In this document: positions 50,840 to 62,795 of the stretch, piece by piece
How positions within the stretch are numbered: position 1 is the first letter of the stretch
Layout of the letters: the number at the start of each line of letters is the position of its first letter
DNA from: Camelus dromedarius
Lineage: Eukaryota
Direction: 5' to 3'
NCBI RefSeq assembly: GCF_036321535.1
Contig: NC_087436.1
Location: 64,916,001-64,980,000, forward strand
DNA length: 64,000 nucleotides
Translations under genes and position numbers: made by a program
The notes under the pieces: generated by a model
What the model was told of the DNA's origin: nothing
Databases searched by the model: none
The model's input: only the letters and a program-made list of their open reading frames with translations

Positions 50840-51818
50840 TACACAGAATTTACAAAAAGAAATGGACATCTTGGATCTGTTGGCCATATTAAGGATACCA
50901 AAAGGGTCCTATTGTACGGAAGCAAGAAGACTTGGTGAAGTTTTCTTTGGGGAAATTTGTTGCTCTACTGGCCACCTGGCCTCTCACTTCATACACCCCT
51001 TTCAAACCTAGAGAGTGGACTCAAATAAGACCAGTCTGAGTCTTAGAGACTATATAAATCTGGAGCTGACTCAGCCTGGGAAATCCAGTCTCCTGGGCAG
51101 CAGGATAAAAATGGTAGCTGTGGGAATGACTTACATTCTCAGAAACTTTCATTGCTGGAGGCGAAAACATGTTCCTAGGAGCCACAAACAGTCGTCCAGA
51201 AATAGAGTAGGGACACCTGCACCCAGGTCACAGAATTGGCAGGAGAAGAGCCCCTAAACATGGGACTCTCTGAGGACCTAAAAAAAAACCCCACAAGAGA
51301 AGGCATTAGCTTTAAACATCCACCAAGCCGAGAGAGCATAAAGCCACTCATACATGTGATGAGGATGAAGTAAGAATTGCCTTTTCCATCCTTTACCTTT
51401 TCTTCCCCTCCCCTTTAGTCTCCCACCATCCTCCCTTCCATGCTTCCTTCAACTTTAACCAAGGTCCAGAGCAGTGGTTAGGAAGAGGTGGAGCAGTAGA
51501 GCAGGGAGAGAATGGAGATGCTGACCTCACACCTTTTGTCAAAGGCAGGAAGTGTCTGTTATAAATCTTAGTTCAGAAAGTGTTGAACAGTTCTAATTGT
51601 GAATGGAGAGTAAAGCTTTTGAGTCATAGCTGAGTCATATTGCAATGAGAGAGAATTGCTTATTGACTCAGATGAAGCAGAAATTCTTGGAATCTGACTA
51701 AATGTGCATCCATGGAGGGAGATTACCCCAGTGAATGAGTTTTAAAGGGTCAGAGAGAGAAATAAATCTGTGTGTTGATCTCATCTCATGAATCAGGTAT
51801 TCCAACATACCAGTTACA
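50840..51818 (+). mobile_element. Ancient LTR-like element (LTR78/79-like, tentative)
   Basis: TATATAAA at 51051, AATAAA at 51761 and a ...CCAGTTACA terminus give LTR architecture; family name from memory only. Confidence 0.4.
51620..51701. promoter_or_regulatory. Candidate AP-1 / NF-E2-ARE motif cluster
   Basis: TGAGTCA 51620-51626, GCTGAGTCAT 51629-51638, TGACTCA 51664-51670, TGACTAA 51695-51701. Confidence 0.4.
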
Positions 51819-51879
51819 GGAAATTTTGTTACCCTAGTTATTCTTTTAAAATTTATGGCTAAAATGGGTCTCTTTCAAT

Positions 51880-52495
51880 CCATTCTCTGTAGAGCAGCCA
51901 TATTTTAAAAGCTTAAATAAGATTATGACAATCCCCTACTTAAAACTATCCAATTGCCCTTTAATGCCTTTAGAATAGAATTTAATCTCCTTGACCATAG
52001 CCTACAGGATCTATATGTTTTGGCTACTGCCCAATTCACTGACACATTTTCTTCTACTCAACCCTGCAATTCCTGTTCCTTAAACACATTGCCTTATTTT
52101 TAATTCTTGGAATATGCTAGGTTCATTCCTGCTGGGAGTACCATTTCTCCAGCCTGATATGCTCTGGTCCCGGATTTCATGGCTGCTTCCTTAGACGCAT
52201 AGGTCTTAGCACACATCTTCCCTTTTCAATTAGAACTTCTCTGACATCATAAGTTAAATTAGACTTTTTACCGCTGGCCCATTGTGGGCCCATTCTACCA
52301 TTCTCTACTTCATCAACTAGTTTTACTTTCTTCATATGATTTATCATCATGTGAGATTATTTATTTGTTTGCTTGTTGTTATCCGTGATTTGCATCACAT
52401 TATAAACGGCATGAGAGTAGTGAGTAAGTTGGTTGTTTGCCACTGAATTCTTTGGGACATAGTAAGTGCTCAGTATATTTGGTTGAATGAAGAAT
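51880..52495 (+). mobile_element. L2 LINE 3' end
   Basis: cccctacttaaaact...ttagaatagaatttaatctccttg...acatagtaagtgctcagtatatttggttgaatgaa. Confidence 0.8.
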
Positions 52496-53979
52496 TAAAA
52501 TCAAAACATTTCTTTAATCAACTGTGAAACTGTCATATATCTGAATTTATTTTTCTTTTAAAACAAATTGATTGTGACCTTAAAAAATGCATGACATGTA
52601 ACTCAGGATTTTTATGCCATAGTAGCTATCAATTTGTGCCTTTATTTTTGAGATAGCTCAATTAGACACATACAGTCTATGTCAAACATACTGACATAGA
52701 AAAATCAAGCATCACCAATTTTTTACATAGTGTCAAACATTTAAGTATTTTTAGACAGAGTAGATTCATGCTTATCCAGAACAGTTGGCCAATAGGATGG
52801 TCCAGTTCACAGAGTATTTTGATTGTGTTATCAAATAGAACAGGCATTGATGAGTTACTTCTTTGGAATCATTAAAGAAATCAAATAAAAACTGAAGGTA
52901 GATTTTTCTGTGGTTGGGATGACTAAATGCACTCTAGAATTTTGCTGGACATTGTTAGGAATGTTGTAGAATGACAAGTATTGGTGCTTGGTAGGGTTTT
53001 AAGATCCTCTGCATCCCTAAGGGTCCACTTGTTCCTACCTCTCAGATTCTATTAAGTAAAACAGTATTCACAGAGGGTGGGAGGCGGGACATAGGTAGTG
53101 CTGAATTCCATGTTTCTTGTCTTCACATTGAAAATGCCATGTAATCTTAACAAAACAGTTTAAGAATAGAAATTATTCTGTATTGACAAATCTTATTTCA
53201 TTCTCCTGGTATCTTGATAGAAATTACTTAATTTTAGCGTTCTTTTCCTCCAAGTCTGTAAACTTCTAGAGCTGGATTAGTCCACCGTGTAACTGGAAGG
53301 ACGAGATACAAATGTGCCTAGCAAGCATCTAAGCAGAAATGCTGCTAGAGTTCTTACTTGCACTTGTCATTCATTAAATGTTAATCTCAAAAATCGCTGT
53401 ATGTTTATAACTGTCCTCTTCATATCTCCCAAATCATGTGGCAGAAAACATCACAAAATGGTACAGTAGCTCTTTACCTACCACTTGATAGTTTTTTTTT
53501 TTAAATGAACTAAAACTTGATCTGATTTGATCATCAGTGAAAACAGGGAAAAGAAAGCATCAACCTCCAAGAGAATTTTGCATGAGAATCAAATGGGATG
53601 TAATGTCTGTAATAGTGTTCTGTTCCTATAGGATGTTGTATTTTCATTTAGTATACCTTGTACTACATGGCATTCCAGTTAAATTTGTTTACTTCAGGAT
53701 TCTTACAGTGGTGAGTGTCAGGTTATTAGGTAAGGAAAAAGGTTTAATTAATAAAAGATTTTATTATTAATAAAAGGTTTTGTTAGTTCTGTGTATCTAG
53801 TCCAACTTTTAACAGTGGTTTTGGTCTGATATTTGAGAGGCGAGAGAGAGAGAGAGCTGAAAAAGGAATGACAATACATCCAGAGAATTCTTTGAAAAGA
53901 TACAATTTATGTATAGGTGATAAAATATGAGTAGTTCAATACTTTGAAAGTATTTTTTTAAGGGTAATTTACTTTCTTA

Positions 53980-54875
53980 GGAAGTTGGACTGTGGAAAAG
54001 AGTTCTGCCTGTCACAGGCTATAATGCCCCCAGAAGAAGTGTATGTATATGCCACCACCAGAAGGAAGGGCAGGGCTTGGCCAGGGGGGAAGACAGAGCA
54101 AAAAACCAGCAATATTCAACCTTCTAATTGTAGGAAGAATTGGATAGAGAGAAGAAGCACCCTGTGAGACTTTTTTGTCATGCTCCTTCTGCTCTGGGCC
54201 CATGTGGGGAAGAGACCAGCTCTCATTGTTTTCCGATAAAGGCTGGAGCCTTGGAGGTAGCCAGCTATCGGGCAGACATAGGATTCCTAAGCCCCCCTTA
54301 GATTCCGCCAAGTGTGAAGGAACTTGGAGATTCGTCTCCACTCCAAGGAGAGTTGAGGCAATCACTGCGTCTGAGTGGGTAGCCAGCCCAAGGGAATCAC
54401 TAACAGGTGGGGAGTAATCCTGCTCTTGAGGCCTTCAGGGATGACCAGTTTGGCTTGGGGGAAAAAAAAAAAACTTATAGCCAGGACTCAAATTGTGGCA
54501 ACAAGTACTGAATCAAGGGGCGTGAAGGGTGCTGACAACCACGTGTCCCTCTTGTTAACCAGCCTCAGATTTCAGCATTAAAAGCCAGCCCCACACCTAA
54601 TGTCCAGGTGACAAGAGGCATCATCATGGGAATCAGAGAAGCCAGAGTAATGGACAAGGTCTCATCCATGTAGATGTGGTGCATGCACTCCCTACATAGA
54701 AAGATATTTAAGGTCCTACTTTCTGTATATGCTGCAGATGCCATCTGGTAGTAATATAGAGATGGAAAGGAAACTTCAAAGATTAAAAATTTATCAAGAA
54801 AAAAAAAACCCAAGTTATCCAAAGTGACTCTTTATGTTATTGGATAAGACTAAGTTTACTAGATTGGAGTATCCC
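53980..54875 (+). mobile_element. Possible ancient LTR (LTR78-like), GC-richer block
   Basis: aaagtgactctttatgttattggataagactaagtttacta resembles recalled LTR78-type sequence; composition differs from the flanks. Confidence 0.3.
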
Positions 54876-54876
54876 T

Positions 54877-54877
54877 A

Positions 54878-54909
<32 letters not shown>

Positions 54910-54937
54910 CCTACCTACCTACCTACCTACATACCTA
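54877..54937. repeat. Compound (TCTG)(TCTA)(CCTA) tetranucleotide microsatellite
   Basis: Directly visible. Confidence 0.9.
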
Positions 54938-55269
54938 TTTTTTCCCACACATCTCTTCCCCAGTGCCCAGTATGGTAGATTAATATTAGCAAAAAGAAAT
55001 ATAATTGAAGATTGTCTTTGATTATCTGAATGCTTCCCTGAAAAGTGCACTATAATAGATTCATAGTCTATTAACTTAGTGTAGTCTTACAAACACACAA
55101 AAAATACTTCTGTTCATATCACTGACAATTTCTTCATATGAACTTTCAAGTTAAAATTAGAATGGTTTGAGGAAAAGAGCATTTTAAGAGGTGGTTTTTA
55201 AAGAGAACATGTAAAATTGTATGTAATCTGACCATTTATAGAACCCTTCATCATCTCTTCTACTTATTT

Positions 55270-55463
55270 AATTTTTAAATTAGTAAATGCTATTTGTCAT
55301 GTATTTTGCTTTATTTTTTGATATTTGTATATATTGTAAAAATGATCACACAGTAAGTCTGGTTAACATTTGTGACCAAACATAGCTACAAAATAATTTT
55401 TTTCTTGCGTTGAGGACTTTTAAGATTTACTTTAAAATATACACTACAGTATTATTAACTATA
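55270..55463 (-). mobile_element. L1 3'UTR fragment (L1MA9-like)
   Basis: atgatcacacagtaagtctggttaacat...gaggacttttaagatttact...acagtattattaactata. Confidence 0.7.
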
Positions 55464-56819
55464 CTTGTTCAATTTTCAAATATTAGTTTACTTTTTAAAA
55501 ATTTTCTGCAGAATAGGAAGTTATATTTGCAGTATACTTTTATCATTGTCCAATTATGATTGCAAGTGGAAATTATTTAGTCTTATTCAGCAGTCTACTT
55601 GCCTCTACTATCAAAAAGACCTAGAATTTTTTATTAAAAGATGTCTCCCAGAATTGTATGCTTTGTGGATTTATGGGTTTATTGGTAAATTCGACAATGT
55701 AAAGCTCGACATTTAAAAATTTTTCTGTCCTTTCCTTGCTCGGGCAGTTCCTTCCCACAGCACATGCTGCAGTATTTGTGATTCTTTCCCGAACAATTGA
55801 GCAAAATATTGTTATCCTGTTAATTTGCATGTCCCCCTCTCCTTCCATCTCAGATTGTTCATCTGATAGTTTCAATTCAACTTGCTATGGAAACTAGGAT
55901 GGTGGTATGCATATTTGAAATCCACAGACACATGAATTAATATCTTTATTTAATAATTCAGTTTCCTTTTTGATGAAGTCATTTGCTAGAGATGCTAATG
56001 GAGTAACTTTGAATTTCGTCCCTAAGCACCTAATGTAGGTACTAATACGTAAATAAGCAAAAGAGCAGTTCCCAAAGGAGAGCAGCAGCGACAGCTGACG
56101 GGAAGATGCATCCATGCATAGTGAAGAGCTGACTGCATCTCATTTTAGTTGTTGGACAGAAAAGCATGTCATAGGACTGTGAGGATGAGGCATAGGAAAT
56201 GTTAATCCTCATCAGCTCATCTTTCTCCATACCAATTGATTAATAATGAGATTCATTAGAATTATTTAGCTTATAGATACATGAAATTTCAATTTTGTAT
56301 TTATCCTATATTTTGAGAATAATCCTATAGATGACAGGTAGAACTAGTCTACACAAAGGTACTTAATTTAAATGAAGATATTATATTTAAATTAAATCAA
56401 CTCTCGTTAATGACTTTTCTCAAATGTAGATCAGCATTTTAAATGCTTGAGAGGAGAGAACAATGGAGAAAAAGAAGATTCAGTGGAAAAGATAAGAAAT
56501 TACAAAAAAAAATTGCTTGTATGTTGGCTGCAGTGAATTCTTAATACTTGTTATGAAGTCAGATCATAGATATAAATAGCACACAGCCCAAAGATGATCT
56601 TGATGGCAACTTTCAATTTTGTGGGGGTATTAGATTCATCAGTGAAGCAAACATTTATTTAGAACCCACTGTGTGTCAAACACTACAAAAAAGAGGTTGG
56701 AAATAAAGGTCAATGAGACAAAGGCACAGAGTTTGAGGAACTAGAGGAGGAGGGAGACACTCTTAATAATGTTTACCCAGCATCAAGTATTTTCTTAGAG
56801 GTTTACCTAAATTATTAGA

Positions 56820-57415
56820 TTTGACTCTCACCCTTACTCTTATGAGAATAGGTATTTTACTCCAGTTTTACAGGTGAGAAACTGTGAATGCTGATCACTG
56901 AGGTTAACTTGCCCAGGGCTGTGTGATAATTCTATTAACCAGGAGAGTTGAAGCCATGCTACATACCAAAGAAATACCAGAATTGTTAGAGTTTAACGGA
57001 ATAAAGGTCTGTCGGGTCTATTGCTCATGTCCTAGTCTCATATGGTATAGGGAATCTCCTCAAAGTGGTGATCCAGTGATCTAAGTTTCTTCCATGTTGC
57101 AACTATAATACTACAGCCATAACATCCAGAACACCTAGCTGTCAAGGTCATCATGGAGGGGTCAAGGGGAGTAAGGAATGGCTCAAGGGGGATTATGACC
57201 AACCCTCAAAATGACAGACATTGTGTATCCATTGGCCATACCAGTCACATGGTTCCAACTTAGTACAAAGAAACCTGGACTGTCTAGTTGTCTTATGTGC
57301 TCACAGAAGGAAATGGATTAGGGAACATCTGACAAGTTTCTACCACAGTTACTGAATAGCACAGTCAAGATTTCAACTTTGATGCATAGGGCCCACTGTC
57401 TTAATCACTAAGTGT
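56820..57415 (-). mobile_element. MIR SINE split by an old MLT1 LTR (~56922-57347)
   Basis: MIR ttttacaggtgagaaactg...aacttgcccaggg; LTR cattggccataccagtcacatgg...ctaccaca; MIR resumes with gatttcaac...tcttaatcact. Confidence 0.6.
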
Positions 57416-58311
57416 TTCTTATGAAGAAATAGTTGTAAGACAATGTGATAACTAAAGCTAAGCAGGAAAAAAAGAAAACATGGGAGAGTAGAAGGAGGGT
57501 ACTTTGTATTTAGCAAGTCCTCATCAAACTCATACTAAAACTGCATGTAACACTGAAGTTTGGCATTCATCCTTCTCAGTGAAAAGATGACATGCCAACA
57601 CTGCACTCTGTTCTAATGCAGCATTTCTTTGTAAAGGAAAAAAATATTCTCATGGCTTACCAGTCTCAGTGCAGAGTTTTATTATACTGTTGTTTATATA
57701 TTGCACCTAAAAGGGGGGATAAACTCTTCATGCTTTTCTCTCGTAAGGAACTTTAAAACTAAAATAAAATTTACACATGAAATATAAGCATGTCTGCAAA
57801 CCCAATAAAGTTCAAATTGACATTAATTTAATATGACAGACAAGATTGTTTTGCTGAATCTAAATTGCTGTTCCTATTGTGACTGATTGTGATGACTGTG
57901 TTGCTGTTCCTTTGATTTTTGGCACAACTCAACTTCTGGTTGCCCTCTGTGGCCTCACATTTCCTACCATTTTTTCCTCCTTAAATTAAGTGGAATACAT
58001 TTGTTCATTAGCACTTTCTAATGTCATTTGGTCTTCACTTGGCTTTGGTGCCAAGTACAGTGTTTACATGTTAAGCTGGGCTCTGTCTTGTTTTTATTTG
58101 CCTGTGACTTCTAAAGTAGGATTGACTGGAGACAGCTTAATTGTGAATCCAAATGCAAACATGGGCACAAAAACCGTCTAACAGAACTCAAAGTGTAGTG
58201 CATACCTTTTTAGTATAGAACTTACAGATTTCTAAAAATACCTGGGGATATATAAGGAGCTGTCCACAAACTGATAAGCAATGTCTTAGGCTCTTTAAAA
58301 TCAGAGAAATA

Positions 58312-58775
58312 CAGTTGTACCTTGTTTTATTGTGCTTAGCTTTATTGCACTTCGTAGATACTGCATTTTTTTTTTTTTCTAATTGTTTGTGGCAACTCTG
58401 TGTTGAGCAAGTCTATTGGTGCCATTTTTCAAACAGCATTTGCTCACCTTTGTCTCTATGTCACATTTTGGTAATTCTCACAATATTTTAAACTCTTTCG
58501 TTATTAAATTTGTTATGAAGATCTGTGATCAGTGAGCTTCAGTGTTACTATTGCAAAAAGATTACAACTCACTTTTTAGCAATAAAGTATTTTTTAATTA
58601 AGGTATGTACATTTTTTCAGTATGTTATTATTCACTTAATAGACTACGGTATAGTGTAAACATAACTTTTATATGCACTGGGAAAGCAAAAAACTTGTGT
58701 GACTCACTTCATTGCAATATTTACTTTATTGCAGTGGTCTGGAACCAAACCCACAATGTCTCAGAGGTATGCTTG
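58312..58775 (+). mobile_element. Tigger1-derived non-autonomous DNA transposon (internal deletion)
   Basis: Both Tigger1 ends present (accttgttttattgtgct...gagcaagtctattggtgccattttt and gcagtggtctggaaccaaaccc...gaggtatgcttg); TA TSDs at 58310-58311 and 58776-58777; no transposase. Confidence 0.9.
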
Positions 58776-59319
58776 TAGCTCACTTGTGGGTTTTTTTTTT
58801 TTTTTTTTAAGAAATAATGAGTAAAAGTCTCCATAGAAGATAAGGAACAGAGCTCTATTCTTTGATCCATGAAAGCTACATGTAACCTCAGCTAGCTTGG
58901 AATTCTGTTCTTCATTTCCATGTCCTGGAACTTTATGGCATCTGATTTGTAATCTTTATGCTTATTTGATATGAAATATTTTCTGAAATACATATGAAAA
59001 AGTGAAAAGCAGGTTAGTTGAGCAGGCATTGTTAAATTTATGTTACAATTGATGCCAAAACCTGGAATTCTGATGGACACCTGCACTAGGAGAAATTTCT
59101 ATTCTAATAAAAGTCCATGGACACTTATTTTTAGACATCTGAATTATCTGAGAGCAAAATAATATATTATTCAATGAAACAGGAATCCGAGCCCAAATGA
59201 GAACTTAAACACCTCCATTTTAGTCTTTTCTTTCCTCATTTCCTTTTCTACTTTTCTACTTTTTTTTGATATCACCCCGACCTCTTCCTCCTATTTCTCA
59301 CTTTCTTTGTCTTCATTTG

Positions 59320-59720
59320 CTTTATCAATAAACAAGGATTATGGAATGCATAGTATTTGACAGGCATTATGCTCAATACAGGTGATTCACAGATGCCTAG
59401 GAAGCAGCCTTGAATTTGAAGGGGATTTCAGTTTATTAGAGGAAGTAGATAAAAAAACAATCACTAATATTGAGGTGATGGGCTGCATGCTATAAATGCC
59501 TAGTGATGGAAACAGCTAAATTTAAATGGAGAGGGTTAAATGAGGGTCAAGGAAAGTCCTGAGGCTAGAGGACAGTCAAAAGGGTAGCTAAGAGACCTCT
59601 TTTAGGCTAAGTCTACAAGGATGGGTAGGCTTCTCAGGTGGTCATTGAGACCTTGGGGAGAATGACATTACAGCACACAATACAGAGGAGGAAATTACAT
59701 GCACAAACGAGGATTATCTT
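59320..59720 (-). mobile_element. L2 LINE fragment
   Basis: tttatcaataaaca...aggcattatgct...gggtcaaggaaagtc. Confidence 0.5.
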
Positions 59721-60330
59721 TCAAATAGCTAGCCTGTTAGTTCTGTCTGTTATTGATGGTATCACACTTTCATGTCCATTAAAAACACCTGCAGTGTCTG
59801 CAGTGTTTCATAAGCAAGGAGGTATCTAGATCCTCTCCCCAAATATGCTAATTAGATCTGTATCAGGAATGAGGAATCGGCATTTTAAACAACCCCGGTT
59901 GTTTCAGGACTGTAGTTTTATAAACTCTTTCATATTTGCTTTTCAAATACAATGATAGGCTGGCAGTTGTTTTGGGGTGTAGGCATCAAATCCAGTTAAA
60001 TAACTCTTCATAAGTGAGTGAGAAGGATTGTTGAGGGTGCAATGTTTAGGGGCTGTGAGAATACATTTATAGAAATAAAACTGGGAGAAGAGAAATCTGA
60101 ATACGAGAAGTGGGAGTGTTTCCTGAGGTGAAATTAAAAAAAAAGTGAAAGTCATAGTAGTGCAGAGGATGAAGAATTTCGAAGAATAGTAATATAGAAC
60201 GGTTGATTTGGAGCTTTTGTGTTTTAATAAAAAACTGCGACTGCTCCACCAAACCTTTGGTGGAGACCACTGGACAGGCATAGTGTGTTTTGTGTGAGTG
60301 ATTTTAAAGAAACTGAGCAAGGTGCTCTGT

Positions 60331-60822
60331 CAGTGATGTACTGGAGCCAGACTGGACCGGCTGGACAAAACCAGTTTTTAAAATTTCAGGGATTTTATGA
60401 GATAGTTGTTAAACACAGCCATTATTTAAAAAATTATCTTATATCAACTTATAAGCAAATAAATCACATTAAAAACAAACTTAATAAGCGCTGAAAACAT
60501 ATCACTTTTTAATTATTTACTACAGAATACTATTGGTTTTGCCTTTGAGGTTATTCTCTACCCAACTCTGCATTCAGTGACTTGATATCTTAAAAAATTT
60601 TTTTAATTTATTTTTAATTGAAGTACAGTCAGTTACAATGTGTCAATTCCTGGTGTACAGCACAATGTTCCAGAGTGACCTGATATCTTGAAATCATCAC
60701 AGTGGGAGAATTTGCAGCATAAAAATGGTCAAACATGACAAAGAAAGTCATATTTTGTTTTTGTTTTTTGCCTTTGCTTTTTTTTGGAAAGCTGATTGTT
60801 TAACATTTATTTACATACTGCT
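60331..60822. mobile_element. MER63-like hAT-Blackjack DNA transposon
   Basis: cagtgatgtactggagcc...aaatttcagggatttt...gttgttaaacacagccattat...cccaactctgcattcagtgac. Confidence 0.8.
60592..60673 (-). mobile_element. 82-bp L1 3' tip (camelid-type) inserted in MER63
   Basis: ttaattgaagtacagtcagttacaatgtgtcaatt.ctggtgtacagcacaatgt; 16-bp TSD AGTGAC(T/C)TGATATCTT at 60576-60591 and 60674-60689. Confidence 0.85.
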
Positions 60823-60834
60823 ATTTTAGTGGAC

Positions 60835-60990
60835 TATTTTCTATCTTTTTTCCTTTCCTCCCTCCTTCCTTCTTTCTCATTTGGCCTTCCTTTTCCCTTC
60901 CTCCCTCCCCCTTCCTTCTTTCTTTTCTCTCTCTGTTCTTCAATTCCTTCTTTCCTTCTTTTTTGCCCATGCAGCATTCATTCTCCTTTC
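60835..60990. repeat. CT-rich low-complexity polypyrimidine tract
   Basis: Directly visible. Confidence 0.8.
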
Positions 60991-60995
60991 TTAGG

Positions 60996-61512
60996 GCTAT
61001 AATATGTTCACTTTGCTTTTGGGAACCACCTAGTGGCCCTCACAGCCTGTCTACTTTGGATGCATGACTCAGTGGAGCATAAGATTTAGGGTAAACCTAT
61101 CCAGACATCTGCAAGTTCCAACCTCAGCCTCAGCTGATGCAGGGAAGTATCCTTGACTCCAGTCAGGCTAGATCACTGTTAGAATTTCTGCTTGAAATTC
61201 CAGGGTTTCTGTTTTAAAGGCCTAGGAAACAATTTCTTTTCCTCTGGATGTGAATCCCCAGGGTAATAACTTGGGGATTGCTGGAAGTAATTTCGTGGCT
61301 AAGAGGAAAAATGGCTTATGAATGAAGCCAACACTGAAGAAGGAACTAAGAACATAGGGAAGTAAAGTGGTCCCTGGTCGTATCATTTGAGCCCTAGATT
61401 AAGCTACATCTGGACTATTCACCTGCTTGAGCCAATAAATTGCTTTTTTCCCCCTTACGTACATTTGGGGGGACTTTTCTACATAGTTATATAAAACTTT
61501 CTAACTGAAACA
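60996..61512 (+). mobile_element. Old MaLR LTR (MLT1J/K-like)
   Basis: gaatgaagccaacactgaagaagg...tcatttgagccctagattaagct...gagccaataaattgc...ctaactgaaaca. Confidence 0.65.
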
Positions 61513-62157
61513 GATTGAGTCTTGCATCTTGGTCAGATAGTACAGAACAGATCATCTCTATGGGCTGGTGATATAATTTACAAACTGGAAAAGCAAGAGT
61601 CCAAAGAACCTGTGGTGACAGCAAGGACACACCTGTGAAAAAGAGAAACAGCTCTGAAACTTGGCACTGGTGCTGATTACATTACTTACTGTTTAACTTT
61701 GCTATCCATTAGTACCTGGCCTTTCAATAGTAGTTACTTGTCATTCTATTCTTACACATTGCAGAATCTGTATTTCTTCGTTTGTTTTTGGTATTTTGTT
61801 TGTAGAGTTAACTGAAATAGAAATTTCTTGAGGTCAAAGACTGTATATTTTTGTTCAGTTTTTGACATCACATCACCTGATGCCTTTACTTTGAAATATT
61901 GTGTTCAATAAATACTATTGACTAACTCCATCTTATTGCATCTTACAAGTATTTTAATTTGCAAATTTTCCTATATTTCCCCTATGTATTATATGACTTT
62001 TTTGAAAATTATGTTACTAAAAATTGCTTCACTGAAAAAAATGGATAGTAAATTGGGCAAATTAGATCAATAACCAAGGAGATAGGGGAAATGATAGAAA
62101 ATAAACTTTCCTGTTAAGAAATTCATACATTAAGTAGGACTTTAAGTAGTTTATTTT

Positions 62158-62265
62158 TAGGGTGACCGTACATTCTAGTTTGCCTCTCATTCTGGTAAAC
62201 TTATTAATAGCACTCTCTAATTCTCAACCATATCCCAGATTGGATGATAAATTACATTGCTCAAG
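62158..62265. mobile_element. MER81-like hAT-Blackjack element
   Basis: tagggtgaccgtac...ttattaatagc...ttggatgataaatta. Confidence 0.65.
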
Positions 62266-62274
62266 CATTATTCC

Positions 62275-62795
62275 AATAGTTCTCCATCATGGATGGTGAT
62301 CTGAATTACCTGGAGACAGTATTTTTTTTAAATTATAAAATATTTTAAATATATAAAACATAACATAAAATAACAGTAATGTATATACCCAAAATCAAAA
62401 TTTGACAGTTAACATTTTGCCATTGTTTTAACTTTTCCTTTTTAAGGAAAAACACTATCACAGAGTTAAAGAATTCTCTCTCCCAGTCCCATTTTCTTCC
62501 CTACCTCCCCAGAGGTAACCATTAAAAAGTTAGCATATGTCCTGCCAATATATGAATTTATATTTTGATTGTGTGTATTAAAAAATTGGACTGTAGCAAC
62601 TCCCATATAGTTTAGAATAATTTATGTAAATATTATTAAAACAAACATATGAAAAGTATATGTTCTTATGGGAACATTTAAAAAGTACAGGTTTCTGAAC
62701 ACCTTTCCAGTCTATTAACTCAGAATGTTTTGAGGTTGGGACAAGGAATATATATCGTTTCCCAAATGATTCTGATATTCCAACAGACTTGGGAA
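62275..62795. mobile_element. MER5-like element interrupted by an antisense L1ME 3' fragment (~62320-62580)
   Basis: gaattacctggaga ... aactcagaat...cccaaatgattctgat flank gttaacattttgcca...ctccccagaggtaacca. Confidence 0.5.

Noticed and set aside
60244..60265. CTCCACCAAA-CC-TTTGGTGGAG inverted repeat as a miRNA or terminator
   Set aside because: 10-bp arms are expected about once by chance in 64 kb and are far too short for a pre-miRNA.
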